Source: Cetorhinus maximus
Lineage: Eukaryota
NCBI RefSeq assembly: GCF_964194155.1
Contig: NC_135879.1
Location: 56,234,001-56,298,000, forward strand
DNA length: 64,000 bases
Direction of reading: 5' to 3'
The notes under the pieces were generated by a model. The model worked only from the letters and a program-made list of their open reading frames with translations, was not told the DNA's origin and searched no databases. Each line of letters starts with the position of its first letter. Position 1 is the stretch's first letter. Shown here piece by piece: positions 51,241 through 63,842 of this stretch. A program made the position numbers and the translations under genes.

Positions 51241-53899
51241 CATTCATGCAGAAATTATGTTAATTTATGAAAAATATTTATTCTCATCACTTGCTACATA
51301 ATTTAGCACTTCTACTTCATTCTCAATTAAAGCATTTTTGATGAACTATTGCATTTGCTTCATCAGAAACACACTAATTAGTTATCCTACTTAATTATTG
51401 CAAACATTACACAAAAGTGCAATTGCTCCTTTAATAATATGCATATTTATCACAGCTGAAAATTGACCTGAAAATATATAATGCATGAGTAATCCTCATA
51501 TAGCAGAGTACAACAATCATAAGTATAATTTTCATAATATGCTCCTTCAAGTTATACTGTACAATGTTTGGTTTTGAATATTCTTAGGAATTGTGTATAT
51601 TGCATTTTCAGTGAGTACTTTCAATAATAATAGGATCAAAGCAGTTGAGTCTTGATCTTTATTTATCCTATTACCCATAATTAGCAAAAATCACAGAGGC
51701 TCTTACAATCTTATTTCTTTAATGAAAGATGTTCCTTTTAATATTTTGTCCTTAACCAGAAGCTAATGAAAACATTAATATTTTTTAATAGTCTTCATTG
51801 ATTTTGTTAAGTTTTAAAATAGGATTTGAGAAAATTAACAACAGAGACACCATCGAGGAAGTTTGTGGCAGATGCACAAATGAGGTCATTCATTTTGCTG
51901 AAACTTCGTTCTTTCATCTCATGAGTATAACTAAATAGCAGTCACCTGTACTAAAACAGATGAGGATGTTCTTCTCTAACAAAGTGCCTGTATCATGGCT
52001 TGGGTCTAAAGTTGGAAAAACATTTGCATCAGCAATTATTTCCTGTAGTATGCTGCCACAGATTTTCTTTATAAGAAATTATTTTAAAAAACTGTTAAAA
52101 ATGAATAATTAATCATTCACAAATATAAAACTATTTCTTCAGAATCAGTTCTGTTCATCATCAAACTTTCTTAATCACATTGACATTAATTCCTTGTGAC
52201 TTAATGTCACTGCAGCAAGTTATGCTGACAAAAACAGGCACAAATAGATTTTGGACCCTTGCTTGTAATAGAATTTTGTTAATGGAAAATCAGATTTGGG
52301 TAGGGCAAAGTTGTCAATTAATTTAATAAGCAAATACTTTTAGGAAGTTTAGAAAAAGAAAGGTCTTTGTTTAATGGATAAACAAAATCTGAAAACAGTT
52401 TTTGCAAAATCTGAGTGCAAACAAGAATAAAATTATTTTGAATTTTGCACAGTATTTATTGAAAACTATTTTCTAACAATAAAATAGAAATTACCATTGC
52501 CAGTTATATGAATACTTGATGTGTTTATGTCAAATTGTTCTCTCTGCTATTTCAATAAAAACTTAAAAAGGAGCGAGAGGAATTTGATACAATTAAATTA
52601 CATCGTCCACAGTAATTTCCAAGGTAATCAGCTGTACTTTGCAATGGGGTGTGGAGGCAGTGGGGTGACAATAACAGCAAAACATTAGCTGGCAGTCACT
52701 AAAATCAACGAGAATTTCAACTTTCTGACTTCCACATGGCTGCTAGAAACCCCATAAAAAAACACCTTGTACAATCAGGTGTAATTCAGTTTTTAACATC
52801 AATTTGATTGATAAATTTTGATGCACAACAGAACTGACCCTGAAAAATTAATTTTACAATTGTGGAGTGTTGTTAAATAATTAATTAGTAGATTCTTTAG
52901 CCTAAACTTTTTAAATAATTGTTTTAAGAAGATTTTTTTCAGCATAGTTTAGCTTCTACCTTCACCCCATGTGTATGGCCCAATCTTTAATTTGCTCCAT
53001 ATGAAAATATTTTTAAATGATTTTATTTTTGTGCTTCTTTTTCCTGGTTGTGTGTCTGTGAAAATCCTTTAATGTGATTGGTTGGTTGGACAGCCTGATG
53101 ACATCACTCCAGCTCCATGTTGGGAATTCCACTGTAAAGAAAGCTGAAATCAGTTGATCACTCAATGGCAATAGAGGTGAAATTCACGCCAGAGGGATCA
53201 TTGGATCTCTCATCAAGACTTACTTTGTGACCAGCGGTAAGCACCCTTGCTTTGCCACTGGCCATTGAATCCAGCCCAACAGGTTTCTGTTTCATGAAAC
53301 CAGATTGTAAACCATTTATAATTTTTTTCAGATTATGCTGCACTCACTCCCACCTTTCCTTACTAGAAGATTTGCTTCTGCTGGTGACCATGACTCACTG
53401 GTACATTGCTTAAGTGGCTATTCTTCCCTTGAGTATTGAGAGATCATTTGACTGTAGAAAGCTTTACACCCAAAGCTAATCCTCTCCTCACCCAATGTGG
53501 ACAATTCTTAGCTGGAATCACTGCCCATCTTTTAAAATCCCTGGTTTAATTATGCAAGCTCAGGAGCCAAACACCTATTGTAGAAATTAAATTCCTGTTC
53601 TAGACTAAGATCTACTAACAGACCGGGGAACGAACCTAGAACCTTCCTGGTCCATATGTTCCTCACTGCAAGCTCAAGATTAGGCTTTAGCCTAAACCCC
53701 AATTGTGAAGTGCCTTAGGATGTTTTTCTACATTAAAGATTTCATATAAATATGAGCTGTTGTCGTAGCCAGAAATATCTGCCAATATTATTGGATTAAT
53801 GCTTAATTCATTTGGAGCCATTCCTCTGTCTGCTATTTTAGTGGAGGGCAATTAAATCACTGAATGCCAGTGAAAAATAGTGGACAGAGGTAAGTTATA

Positions 53900-54360
53900 C
53901 AAGCAACATCTTGCATTCATTAAAAAGCATCTTTAATGTAAAGAAATATTAAAAATTTGTTGAAACATGTGGGTTTTAATGGGGATATTAAAAGATGGAC
54001 AACCAGTTCTTGATGCAAGAAAGCTTATGAGCAGCAGAGCTTTGGATGTGCTTAGGCGAAGGAAGAGAAGCCAGCCAGGAGAGCATTGGAATAACTCAGT
54101 GGAGGTGACAAAGATATAGATGAGGGTTTCAGTCACAAATGGCTAAGGTAAGGATATAGCTGAGTCATATTATGGAGGTGGAAGTAGGCAGACTTTGTGA
54201 TGGAGCATATGTGATTGAAAACTCAACTTTAGGTCGTACAGGACACTATGGTTACAACAGTCTGGTTCAGCCCAAGGCAGTGATCAGTGAAAGGGGTATA
54301 ATCAGTGATGAGGTGGAGGTCTTCTCAATGTTTAGATGGCAGAAATTGCAGCTCATCTAA
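53900..54360 (-). mobile_element. Decayed L2 3' fragment
   Basis: ETLIYIFVTS motif and L2 tail. Confidence 0.6.
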
Positions 54361-56675
54361 GACTGGGGGGTGAATTTTCAAAGGCAATCAGGATCGGAGA
54401 CAGGCAGGCCTGCAATTTGGTGTTGCCAGCCATCGAGGCACCATGAAGCCAACCCCAAGCCATTTTCAAAGAGGATGGGTTGAGCCATGGATGGCTTTCT
54501 GCCTGCTAGTGGCAGTTAGCCAATGCAGATCAAATTAATGTAATTAAGGGGCCTATTAAGACCCATGTTCCTTCACCAACTGGGATTTCCAGTTGGCATG
54601 GAGGCAATCCACATTGGCCTGGAACAATGCAGGCCAATGCAGTGGGCTCAGGTCTGGAAAGGTGGGGGTCGCACACAGTGGCGGATTTAGAGTTAGTGGG
54701 GCCCTGTGTGCAGCTTCATTTTCAGGTCCCCCCTGGGACTTAACAAAGTCAAAAGAAATGTGTAGCTCCCTCACACAACACAGGACTCAGAATAACTTTT
54801 AGGTTCTGCTTGTTTTGATGCAAGACCTTTTCTGACCATCTAGTCTGAGGAGAGAAATGAATGCTGGTGTAGGTCAGACTCCATTTTCATGTGATATCCC
54901 TGGATTTAGACACTCAGAATTCTTCCTAGATTTAAAGGCAGATGAGCAGTAGTTCTCTCCCCCACCTAATATCCAGGAGCAGGCTGCATTGCTGCTATCG
55001 TTGCCCTAGATTTTAGTGCAACATAAAGAGAATTAGGCCTGTCATATTGCTCACATAAAATATTTCCTATCAAAGCTCTCAAGCTCTGGTCACTTCCCTG
55101 GGTCAAAGATATGCCAAAAAGAACCTTCAACTAAAATCCCACCTTTTGGTGTTCCATTTTTTAATCACCAGTACACTTTTTCTTGAGATTCCAGTATGGT
55201 TTCAATTAGACACACTCCTACACCAGGAATATTTCCTGTCCACTCTCCCATGCTCATCGTCCTATGACATTTGAAAAACCAATTTGAAACCCTGCAAGAA
55301 AATTTAAAAGGCTTGCCAACGTCAGTCCAGTGACTGGCCACAAAGATCGTTGCACCGAATCAACCCGCTTGCATTTTTGTTATGCATATTGTAAATCTTG
55401 CTCCAAACACACAGAATGATACTTTTAGATTTATGCTGCTTGTTTAGGGCACTGAAAGCGATCCTGACGGCGCTCTGGAGGCGGATGGAGCATTTCAGAA
55501 CTTTAAAGAGTTCCCGCCTTGAATTTGCAATATTTCCCGCAGAATGACTGTAACTATGCTTCAAGAGTAATTCGTGGGCTATTCCGCACTTTCGGAAAGA
55601 TGATCTCAGAAATGGTGGAACACGTTCGTAAGATTGAATATCTCATTGCTGCACCATATTTCACAAAGTGTACAGAAAGTTGTTCATTTCTAATAGCTCG
55701 GCCATGTGATACTACGGTATACATCAATATTTGCATCTATTGAGAGCGGATAATTAGCCGGGGTTTCCATGCTTGAACTTTGGCCAATGACTTCCACCTA
55801 CAGGTCTCAGTTCAGGATAACATTTGTTCAGTTGGATGACTTCCACAACAAATGCCCACACACTTACACATGCGCATCTATGAACATGCTGACATACTCG
55901 CATCGACATGCAGCGCTGTCAAAATCGTCGAAACTTCTACATGAGGTATTACCACTTTGAGATGGTGCAAAAATTGGGTGAACAATCCTTAGCTACTCTT
56001 TCTGATGATAACTTCAGCTGTTAGTTTTGGATTAAACTACATTTAATGGAAACCCAGTGGCTGTATTTGCCAGTTTCAGTGAGAGACACAGTGTGCTTGG
56101 CAATTGGGCGTTAGCTGCTTGCGATATGAGGTTACTCCATGGTTTCTTCCTGTGCACATTGGCACCGAACCTCCCACTGCTTTGTTTGGACTTCGTATTC
56201 TCAAACTTCATTTGAAATTTAAAATTAACTGAAATATTTAATATTCAATCTCAAGTTGTACTGAAAATTTGAAATCGGATAGACAAGGAGCTGTAGCAAT
56301 GCAGATGACCGAATAGATTTTTTATGGTTGAAGTGTGTCCGTAGGCTCAGGAAAAATAAAGAATTTGCTTTTGTATGGCGCATTAATCGCTTATCCGGAA
56401 TCATCAGCAAATTCATGGAAGGTGTTGTCGACAGTGCTGTCAAGCGGCAATAACCTGCTCACTGATGCACACATTGGTTCCACCAGGACCTCCAACAGCC
56501 ACAACCAAGCAATATCCTGTCAGTGGGCAAACTGGCTCGGCTCCCATTTTCAGTCCTGGGGACCGGACTTCACCTTCAGCGAGTAAATTCAGTCCTTAGC
56601 TTTTCAGGTGTGCTCTGACCTCAAAACAAACACTTTAACGGGACTTTTGAAGGTCAGCAAGGCTGCAAAATTATG

Positions 56676-56769
56676 CTGAAGGGTCATGAGGACTCGAAAC
56701 GTCAACTCTTTTCTTCTCCGTCGATGCTGCCAGACCTGCTGAGTTTTTCCAGGTAATTCTGTTTTTGTT
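56676..56769 (+). mobile_element. 94-bp Penelope-terminus-derived insertion with a hammerhead-like motif
   Basis: Flanked by CTGCAAAATTATG / CTGCAAATTTATG (12/13 TSD). Homologous to the PLE terminus. Confidence 0.75.
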
Positions 56770-57184
56770 CTGCAAATTTATGTCTGTTCGAGGCCTTCAT
56801 CAGGATAATTGACTGCCCTCCTTTGTGGAGCAGGCAGCCTACCTGACTCCCAGACTGCTCCATGGAGGTGAGTATGCGTCGTGGAGCCAACCCAATAGGC
56901 TCCCCACTATTTTCTCGCCCTTTGCCCACTTCCCCGCATTTCCTGCATATGGGGGCCCCGTGCCACTGCACAGTTTGTTTCAGGGTAAATCCGCCACTGG
57001 CAGCACCTGTGCTGGCTGCCGGGCTACAGCTGGCTGGCCGTCTCGTTGAGGGGTTGCCCCTCCAAGATCATGGCCATGCAGCTGTGGTCATTTTAAAAAT
57101 AAAAAAAACACTTTCCTGTCCTTCTCCCTCCCCCACCCCACCGTCTCTCTCTCTCTCTCTCTTTCTCCATCTCCAGCTTGGCAG

Positions 57185-57387
57185 CAAAAACAAAAATTGC
57201 TGGAAAAACTCAGCAGGTTTAACAGCATCTGTAGAGAGAAATACAGAGTTAACGTTTTGAGTCCAAGTCATACGGACTCCAAACATTAATTCTGTCTTTC
57301 TCTCCACATATGCTGTCAGACCTGCTGAGTTTTTCCAGCATTTTTTGTTTTCGTTTCAGATTTCCAGCCTCCACAGTATTTTGCCTT
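57185..57387. mobile_element. Inverted pair of Penelope-terminus sequences
   Basis: GCTGGAAAAACTCAGCAGGT... faces its reverse complement ...ACCTGCTGAGTTTTTCCAGC around a centre near 57265. Confidence 0.8.
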
Positions 57388-57589
57388 CAGTTTAGCAGCT
57401 CCCACCTCAGCCAGTGGGGCTGCCAATCTGTGAGTGTCAGAGGGCCTCTCATTTACCCCCGAGCCTCAGGAGCCCGTACTCTGGCCTTTAGTTGGCCATT
57501 TCTTTAAAAATAATGGTGTGCCTGTGCAGGGTTAGGCCCCGGGACTTGTGCCCACATTGTGTTTGCATCCCTGGAATGAAAATTCAACT

Positions 57590-58140
57590 CTGGATGTCAG
57601 ACAAATGCTCTAGCAGTACAGAGTAAGTGGAGGGATCGAGAGAGAGGTAGAATAAAAATGTTTTTTACTGCACATCATTGACTTCATTTTTATGGATAAT
57701 GTTACCACGAGGCTGCTTGAAGAAGATGGAGCCAAAATATTCTTGGTGGATTCTGGAAGTGACAGTCTGGGATTAGACAGATAAACTGTTGGTGAAAATT
57801 CTCTTGCTCAGAGAGAACAGGAAGAGTGGAACCAGTGAGAGCACTGAGCTGAGCAATGGAGAAAGGACATTAATTTTGAAGGATGGTGTGGGCAACCATG
57901 TTGACAAAGTCAAGGTGGGCAAGGAGGGATAATACACTGCGGTTGCATCACAGAGAATGTCATTTGAGACTTTGGTTAGGATTGTTATGGTGCTGAAGGA
58001 GCGGTGATGACCTAGTTGCAGGAATTCAAACATGGAGTTGTGGGAGGGATGGGCATGAATTTGGGAGGTAACATGTTTGGGGACTCAAGAAAAAAAGGTT
58101 GACAATGGGCCAAATGCAAGAGGGGTTGAAAGCTTTTGAG
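57590..58140 (-). mobile_element. Decayed L2 RT fragment
   Basis: LTKVSNDILC (L2/CR1-group RT motif) and similarity to the other L2 pieces. Confidence 0.55.
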
Positions 58141-58144
58141 GAAA

Positions 58145-59382
58145 GTAGAAATATAGAAACAGGAGTAGACTATTCAGCCTCTCAAACCTGTGCCACCATT
58201 CAATTACTTTAACTGCTCTACCTGCCTTGGTTCTATAACTCTTAATACTCTTGCCCAACAAAAGTAGATTCATCTCAGTTTTGAAATTTTTAATAGGTCT
58301 TGCTTGCACAGGTTTTTTGAGGAGAGAATTCCACATTTTCACTACCCTTTATGTGAAGGAGTGCTGCTTAACGTCACCATTGAAAGGTCCAGCTCTAATT
58401 TTAAGGTTCTGTCCCCTTGTTCCAGACTCTTGCACCAGAGGAAATAGCTCCTTTCTATCTAACCTAAAAACTCTTTTGATCAACTTAAACACTTCAATTA
58501 GATCAGCTCTTAATCTTCTATATTCAAGGAAAAACCAGCCTAGTCAATGCAATCTGTCCTCATAATTTAACCATTTTAACCCTGGTATAATTCTGGTGAA
58601 TCTGCGCTGCACCCAATCCAAGGCCAATATATCTTTCCTGAGGTTCAGTGCTCAAAACTGAATGCAATACCAGAGCTCTGTACAGATCGCTGGATGACAC
58701 CACCAGTCACATCCTGATAATTTGAATACATGCCCATTATCTCTACTCTCCATCTATTATCTTTGAACCAATTCTCTATCCAAGCCAATAGTTTGCTTCC
58801 AATTGCATGCACTCTCATTTTTGTTAACAGTCTCTTACATGGAATCTTGTTTAATGCTTCTGAAAATCCATATAAGTAACATTCATAGACATTCCATTAT
58901 CTATCACATGTGTTATTGCCTCAAAAAATCAACTAGGTTCATTGAACATGGCTTCCAAACCTGTGACCTCCACCACCTAGAAGGACAAGGGCAACAGATG
59001 CATGGGAACACCACCACCTGCAAGTACCTCTTCAAGTCATACACCATCCTGACTTGGAACTATATCACCGTTCCTTTACTGTTGCGGGGTCAAAAATCTT
59101 GGAATGCCTTTCCTAACAGTGCTATGGGTGTTCCTACAACACATGGGCTACCACAGTTCAAGAAGGCAACACAGCATCACTTTCTCAAGGGCAATTAGGG
59201 CTGGGCAATAAATGCTGGCCTGATTAGTGACCCCCACATCCCATGAACAAATAAATAAAAAATACTTACTCTTTACAAATCCATGCTGGCTCTTTCTGAT
59301 CAGTTCATATTTGCTCAAACGCTCAGACACTCTGCCACTAATAATAGATTCCAGCAGCTTTGCCTGAACTGACATTAGATTA
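58145..59382 (-). mobile_element. CR1 relic with a nested LINE-B tail (~58950-59260, +); resumes at 60797-60860
   Basis: CR1 tail plus KLLESII...LIRKSQHGFVK. Confidence 0.72.
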
Positions 59383-60796
59383 GTAAATTGCTTGGCAACC
59401 TTCAATATACAAAAGATGATGGGATTGCAGCCTCAGAACTTTGGTGAGGTCAAATGAGATCACCCGCTGCACTTCTTTTGATGGCTGAACAAACCGATTC
59501 TGGAAGGACAGTCTCCCACAAGTGCCACAGATGAAGTTGTCCCTACAGGTCGTGTGGGATCATCTCTGCTGATGCCTTGTTTTCAGGGCTGGCATTTGCT
59601 TTGGAGCTTCTGAAATCACATGTCATGGTGGTGGAGAATTCCTGCCCAGAACTGGTGTCACCATTTTCATCGATTGTCAGCTAGAGTTTCCCACTTCTTG
59701 TGATTGATGCTGAGGGAATTTCATGTTTCTTTTGACAGCATCCTTGTATTGAAGCTTTGAACACCCTGCTGGTCTCTTGGCATGGGCTACCTCCTTGTAT
59801 AGCATATCCTTGTGGATGCAGCCATCTTCCATCCTATGCACATACGCAAGCTTGCGAAGCCTTCTTTGCTTGATTAGCACTAGCATGCTTGACATCTTTG
59901 CCCTAGAAAGGACTGTTTTGTTTTGTCTTTCCATGTGATGCCGACAATGCATCATAGACACTGGAGATGGAGCTTATCAAGTCTTTTTTCTTTGTAGGTG
60001 TAGGTTATCCAGGTTTTGCTGCCATACAGCAATGTGCTGAGAATAAAGTCCTTGTGGATAAGTATCTTGATTGTGCAGGTCAATTTATTGTTTTTCCATG
60101 CTCGTTTTTGTTAGTCAGCCAAAGTTGTGGCTGCCTTTCCAGTGTGTGTGCTGAGCTATTCATCAAGACTCAGCTTGTCTGTGACTGAAAATCCAAGGTA
60201 GCAGAATTTGCCGACTGCTTCCAGTGGTGTGTTGTTGAGTCTGATCACAGGTGGAGTCACAACAACCTTCCACATAATTACAGTTTTCTTGACACTGATG
60301 GTGAGGGAGAACATGATACAGATATGGGATAGACCATCCATGAGCCTTTGGAGCTGGTCTTCTGTCTAGGCAACGAATGCAGCATATAGAACTTTTTTGA
60401 TCAGGACCATGCTGTACTTTTGTCTTGACTTTCAGTCTTGATAGATTGTTGAGGAGTTTCCCATCTGATCATGTGTAGAGGTACATTCCCTCCATGTTAG
60501 CAGGGAAAGCACAGGTCAGGAGGACAGAGAAAAATATACAAAACAGAGTAGGGGCTAAGATGCAGCCCTGTTTCACCCCATTCTTGATCTCAAAACTGTC
60601 AGACCTGGAGCTGCCAACTCTACTGTGCCGTGCATGTTATGTGCACTACAGAGGGTCTTGCTGATGCAGAGACTGTATACTGGCAGGACAGCCTTATGCA
60701 CTCTGCTTCCTCTTCACACTAAGCTAGCCAGCAGCAGTGGATCATGCAACTGCACTTGACGCATAATATCACCCTGTGGCAAAACCACTGACATAC
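59383..60796 (-). mobile_element. RTE-clade LINE relic
   Basis: GVKQGCILAPTLF, SLTISVKKTVIM, FCYLG and HRMEDGCIHKDMLY..RPAG. Flanked by CATTAGATTA at 59373-59382 and 60797-60806 (likely TSD). Confidence 0.8.
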
Positions 60797-61186
60797 CATT
60801 AGATTAATAGGCCAATAATTTACTGGTTTATCTCTCCTACACTTCTTAAACAATGGAACAATGGGTAATCACAACATTTTAAAAAATAGTAAAGACAGTG
60901 CCTAAGGAGAATCATTTATAATGTTGGATAACATGATATCCTGGATGGGAAGATAGGTGGTCAGCAGTTTAGCAGTTAAGGGAGCAAGCAGTGCAACTCA
61001 TGGATGAGGTGAACTTGGAGAGAGCATGTGGGGTAGAGGAACTAGAGACAGAGGGATCCAGGGTGACAGTGAGAAGAAACTTAGAAGAGGTTTTGGCTCG
61101 ATGAAGGGTGAGCAGCATAGTCAGGTAAATAGCTGGTCTCTCTTCTGTGGAAAAGAATCCATCAGCTCCGCACACATTGTTAGAGG

Positions 61187-61965
61187 TGTAATGAGCCCCC
61201 CAAATAGATCAATAACTTAGAAAATAAAAGATGAATTTCCCAGCATCCAAAGGAAAGAATCGCAGGACAAGATTTCACATTTTATGACTTTTACTGTAAA
61301 AAACAAACTAAAATCAACATAGAACATTATTTAATAGACAACTAACACACCAAACTTTAGATAAGGTATTTAACCATTAACAGACTAACACATCAGAAAT
61401 ACCTTAAGACATGTTTTTAATTTACACCACGCTCCCAGCAGATATGTAACCTTGAAGACTAAGCTCCAAACATCTCCTGGCCTTTCAGCAGGCTCCCTTA
61501 TCTCTGCCACATCAGGACAAATCTTCCAGTGTTTTTTGAAGTTTGTTCCACTCAGTATTCTGAGTATCCCCGAGCAAGGCCCGCTCTGGTGACTCTGTTC
61601 CTTAAATCTCCACTAGTCCCACCTCTTCAAACAGAGACCGAGTTCTCACTAGCATCCTGCTTGGTGACTAACACAAAAAAGTATTTTTCTCCGCTTTTCA
61701 CAGCAGCAGCTATTTCTACCTCCCTCTCCATGTCTTTGAATCTGTGTGTGTCTGTATCCAGAAAACCAGTTGCCCCTCTTTTGTGTCAGGGTAAGAAAAT
61801 GGACACCTGATTTTCTACAGGTTTTGGTTGCAGATCACATGGACCTTTCTCCGGGAGAATTGGTATGATCACATCATCCCCGGCATCCAGGACATTCTGT
61901 TTTGCCTTAAATTAGAAAAGACATTTTAAAATATAACCATCTTGTAAAATCCCACATGCATTACA
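61187..61965 (-). mobile_element. Putative 3' LTR (~780 bp) with adjacent polypurine tract
   Basis: TGTAATG...CATTACA inverted termini; minus-strand GTGGGGAGG lies immediately before TGT. Confidence 0.6.
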
Positions 61966-62104
61966 CCTCCCCACTAAAAATTAGAAAAAGTATTATCATA
62001 GTAATATTTTTCTGTAATACTATCAAAATGCAACATTATAAACACTCTAAACACTAAATTACTATTTACTGTACAGATAATATTCTTTCCCCTTTTGTCT
62101 CATT

Positions 62105-62505
62105 AAAAGGTATGTCAGTAAATGAACAGTGGGAAACATTTAAGGAAACAATTCAAAATGTTCAACATAAATACATTCCATTGAAACTTAAAAACTCAGT
62201 AAAAATAAGCCATTCCTGGCTCACTCAGGAAGTTCAGGATAGTATTAGATGAAAAGAAGAGGCTTATGGTGTTGCAAAGAACAGTAGAAAGTCTGGGAGG
62301 ATTTCAGAAACCAGCAAAGAGCCATCAAAAAGTTGATAAAAAGAGGAAAAAATAGAGTATGATAGTAAACCAGAAATATAAAACAGATTGTAAGGGCTTT
62401 TATAAGTATATAAAAATGAAGAGAGTAAATAAAGTAAACTTTGGTCCCATAGAAACAGAGATGGGAGAAATTATCATGGGGAATGAGAAAATGGCAGGGG
62501 CATTT
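62105..62505 (+). mobile_element. CR1 ORF2 internal fragment
   Basis: Similar to ~5700-6080 (CAGTGGGAAACATTTAAG...GAAATTATCATGGGGAATGAGAAAATGGCA). Confidence 0.7.
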
Positions 62506-62649
62506 GTCATGTCAATATGAGATGAAAATAAATCAAAACCGTGTATGCCAAAACTTTATCCTTTTTTGCTATTTTAAAATAGGCTTTTGCTGAATCACAA
62601 GATGGCTTCTACAGGTCACATGACTCACCAGATTGACCATCTGCTACAT

Positions 62650-62900
62650 ACGAACATCTGAATTAGGAGCAGGAGTAGGCCACTCGGCCCCTCGTGCCTG
62701 CTCCGCCATTTAATAAGATCATGGCTGATATAATTTTAACCTCAATTTCACATTCCTGCCTACCTCCAATAACCTTTCACCCCCTTGCTTATCAAGAATC
62801 TATCTACATCTGCCTTAAAGATATTCAAAGACTCTGCCTCAACCACCTTTTGAGGAAGAGAATTCCAAAGTCTCACAACCCTCTGAGAGGACATTTTTTC
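62650..62900 (-). mobile_element. CR1 3' tail
   Basis: Closely similar to 37670-37920 (GAATTAGGAGCAG...AAGAATCTATCTAC). Confidence 0.75.
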
Positions 62901-62919
62901 CCAGAGAGTTCCTAGAACT

Positions 62920-63842
62920 CAGACCCACCGAGGTGCGTGTATCTGCGCTGGTGGAGGGTGCAGATGAACAGCGTGACAGTGCTTTCTCAAAGGATACTGA
63001 GGCTTCCTCCTCAGAGGTGAGCTGGGGGTTGGGGCTGTGTCATCTCCTGGCTGATGTTTCTTGCTGGTACCTGGAATGGAGAAAAGAGAGATACAGTGAT
63101 TGACCAAGCAGGCTCAAGTATTAAAGATAACTCATAGTCAATGCCCGCATGTTGCAGACGGAGACTGGATGCATCCTCACTAGGTTGCTGGGGAGGCCGA
63201 ACTCGCATTCTGCGCTGGCATGGGCTCACACTTCGGCCAGCTCTGTGACCTGTGCCTCATATGTACTGAAGGGTCAAAGTTCTAGAGTAACCCTTCCTAT
63301 CTTGGCCAGCTCTCTTTTGTTATGCGCTATCTTGTCCTGCGGAAAGACAGAAGGATTGAATGTGAGACAATTGGCTAAATGAGCAGGTCAGTAGCATGCA
63401 TGCCTATTGTCGCTGCTGAGCCCTCCCCAGTAAGTGATTAAGAAGCCGTTTGACCAGGAACTAATATGAGATGGAAAGCTTAAAGTAGCTGCACACATTC
63501 AGTGCTGATATCCAATCTGCTGTTTGTGTGTGGCATCCCTGTGGATTTTAACCCTGAGACTGCCTGATGCCCTTATGAGAGTGTGGGTTTGCAGTGAGAG
63601 ATGATGCACTTGCCTTGACAGAGCACAGCGGATCATTCATTCTTTTTCTGCACTGCAGACCGGTCCTTCTTTGGACCCCACAGGCGCTAACCACCATGGC
63701 AACCTCTTCCCAGGCTGCTGTGGTCAAATGGGATGGTCTTCTGTTCCCATTCCTTGGAAACAGCACTGAAAGCCTGGAGCTGAGTCAAAAGGAAGGTATT
63801 GCTGAACCGCAGGGCTGAAGATTGCTTTCTTTTCTTTGACAT
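62920..63842 (-). pseudogene. Harbinger-type Myb/SANT DNA-binding ORF, spliced and decayed
   Basis: MSKKRKQSSALRFS..., AAWEEVAMVVSACGVQRRTGLQCRKRMND, then a CAG acceptor into DKIAHNKRELAKIG, and a further acceptor near 63070. Contains stops and frameshifts. Confidence 0.7.
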
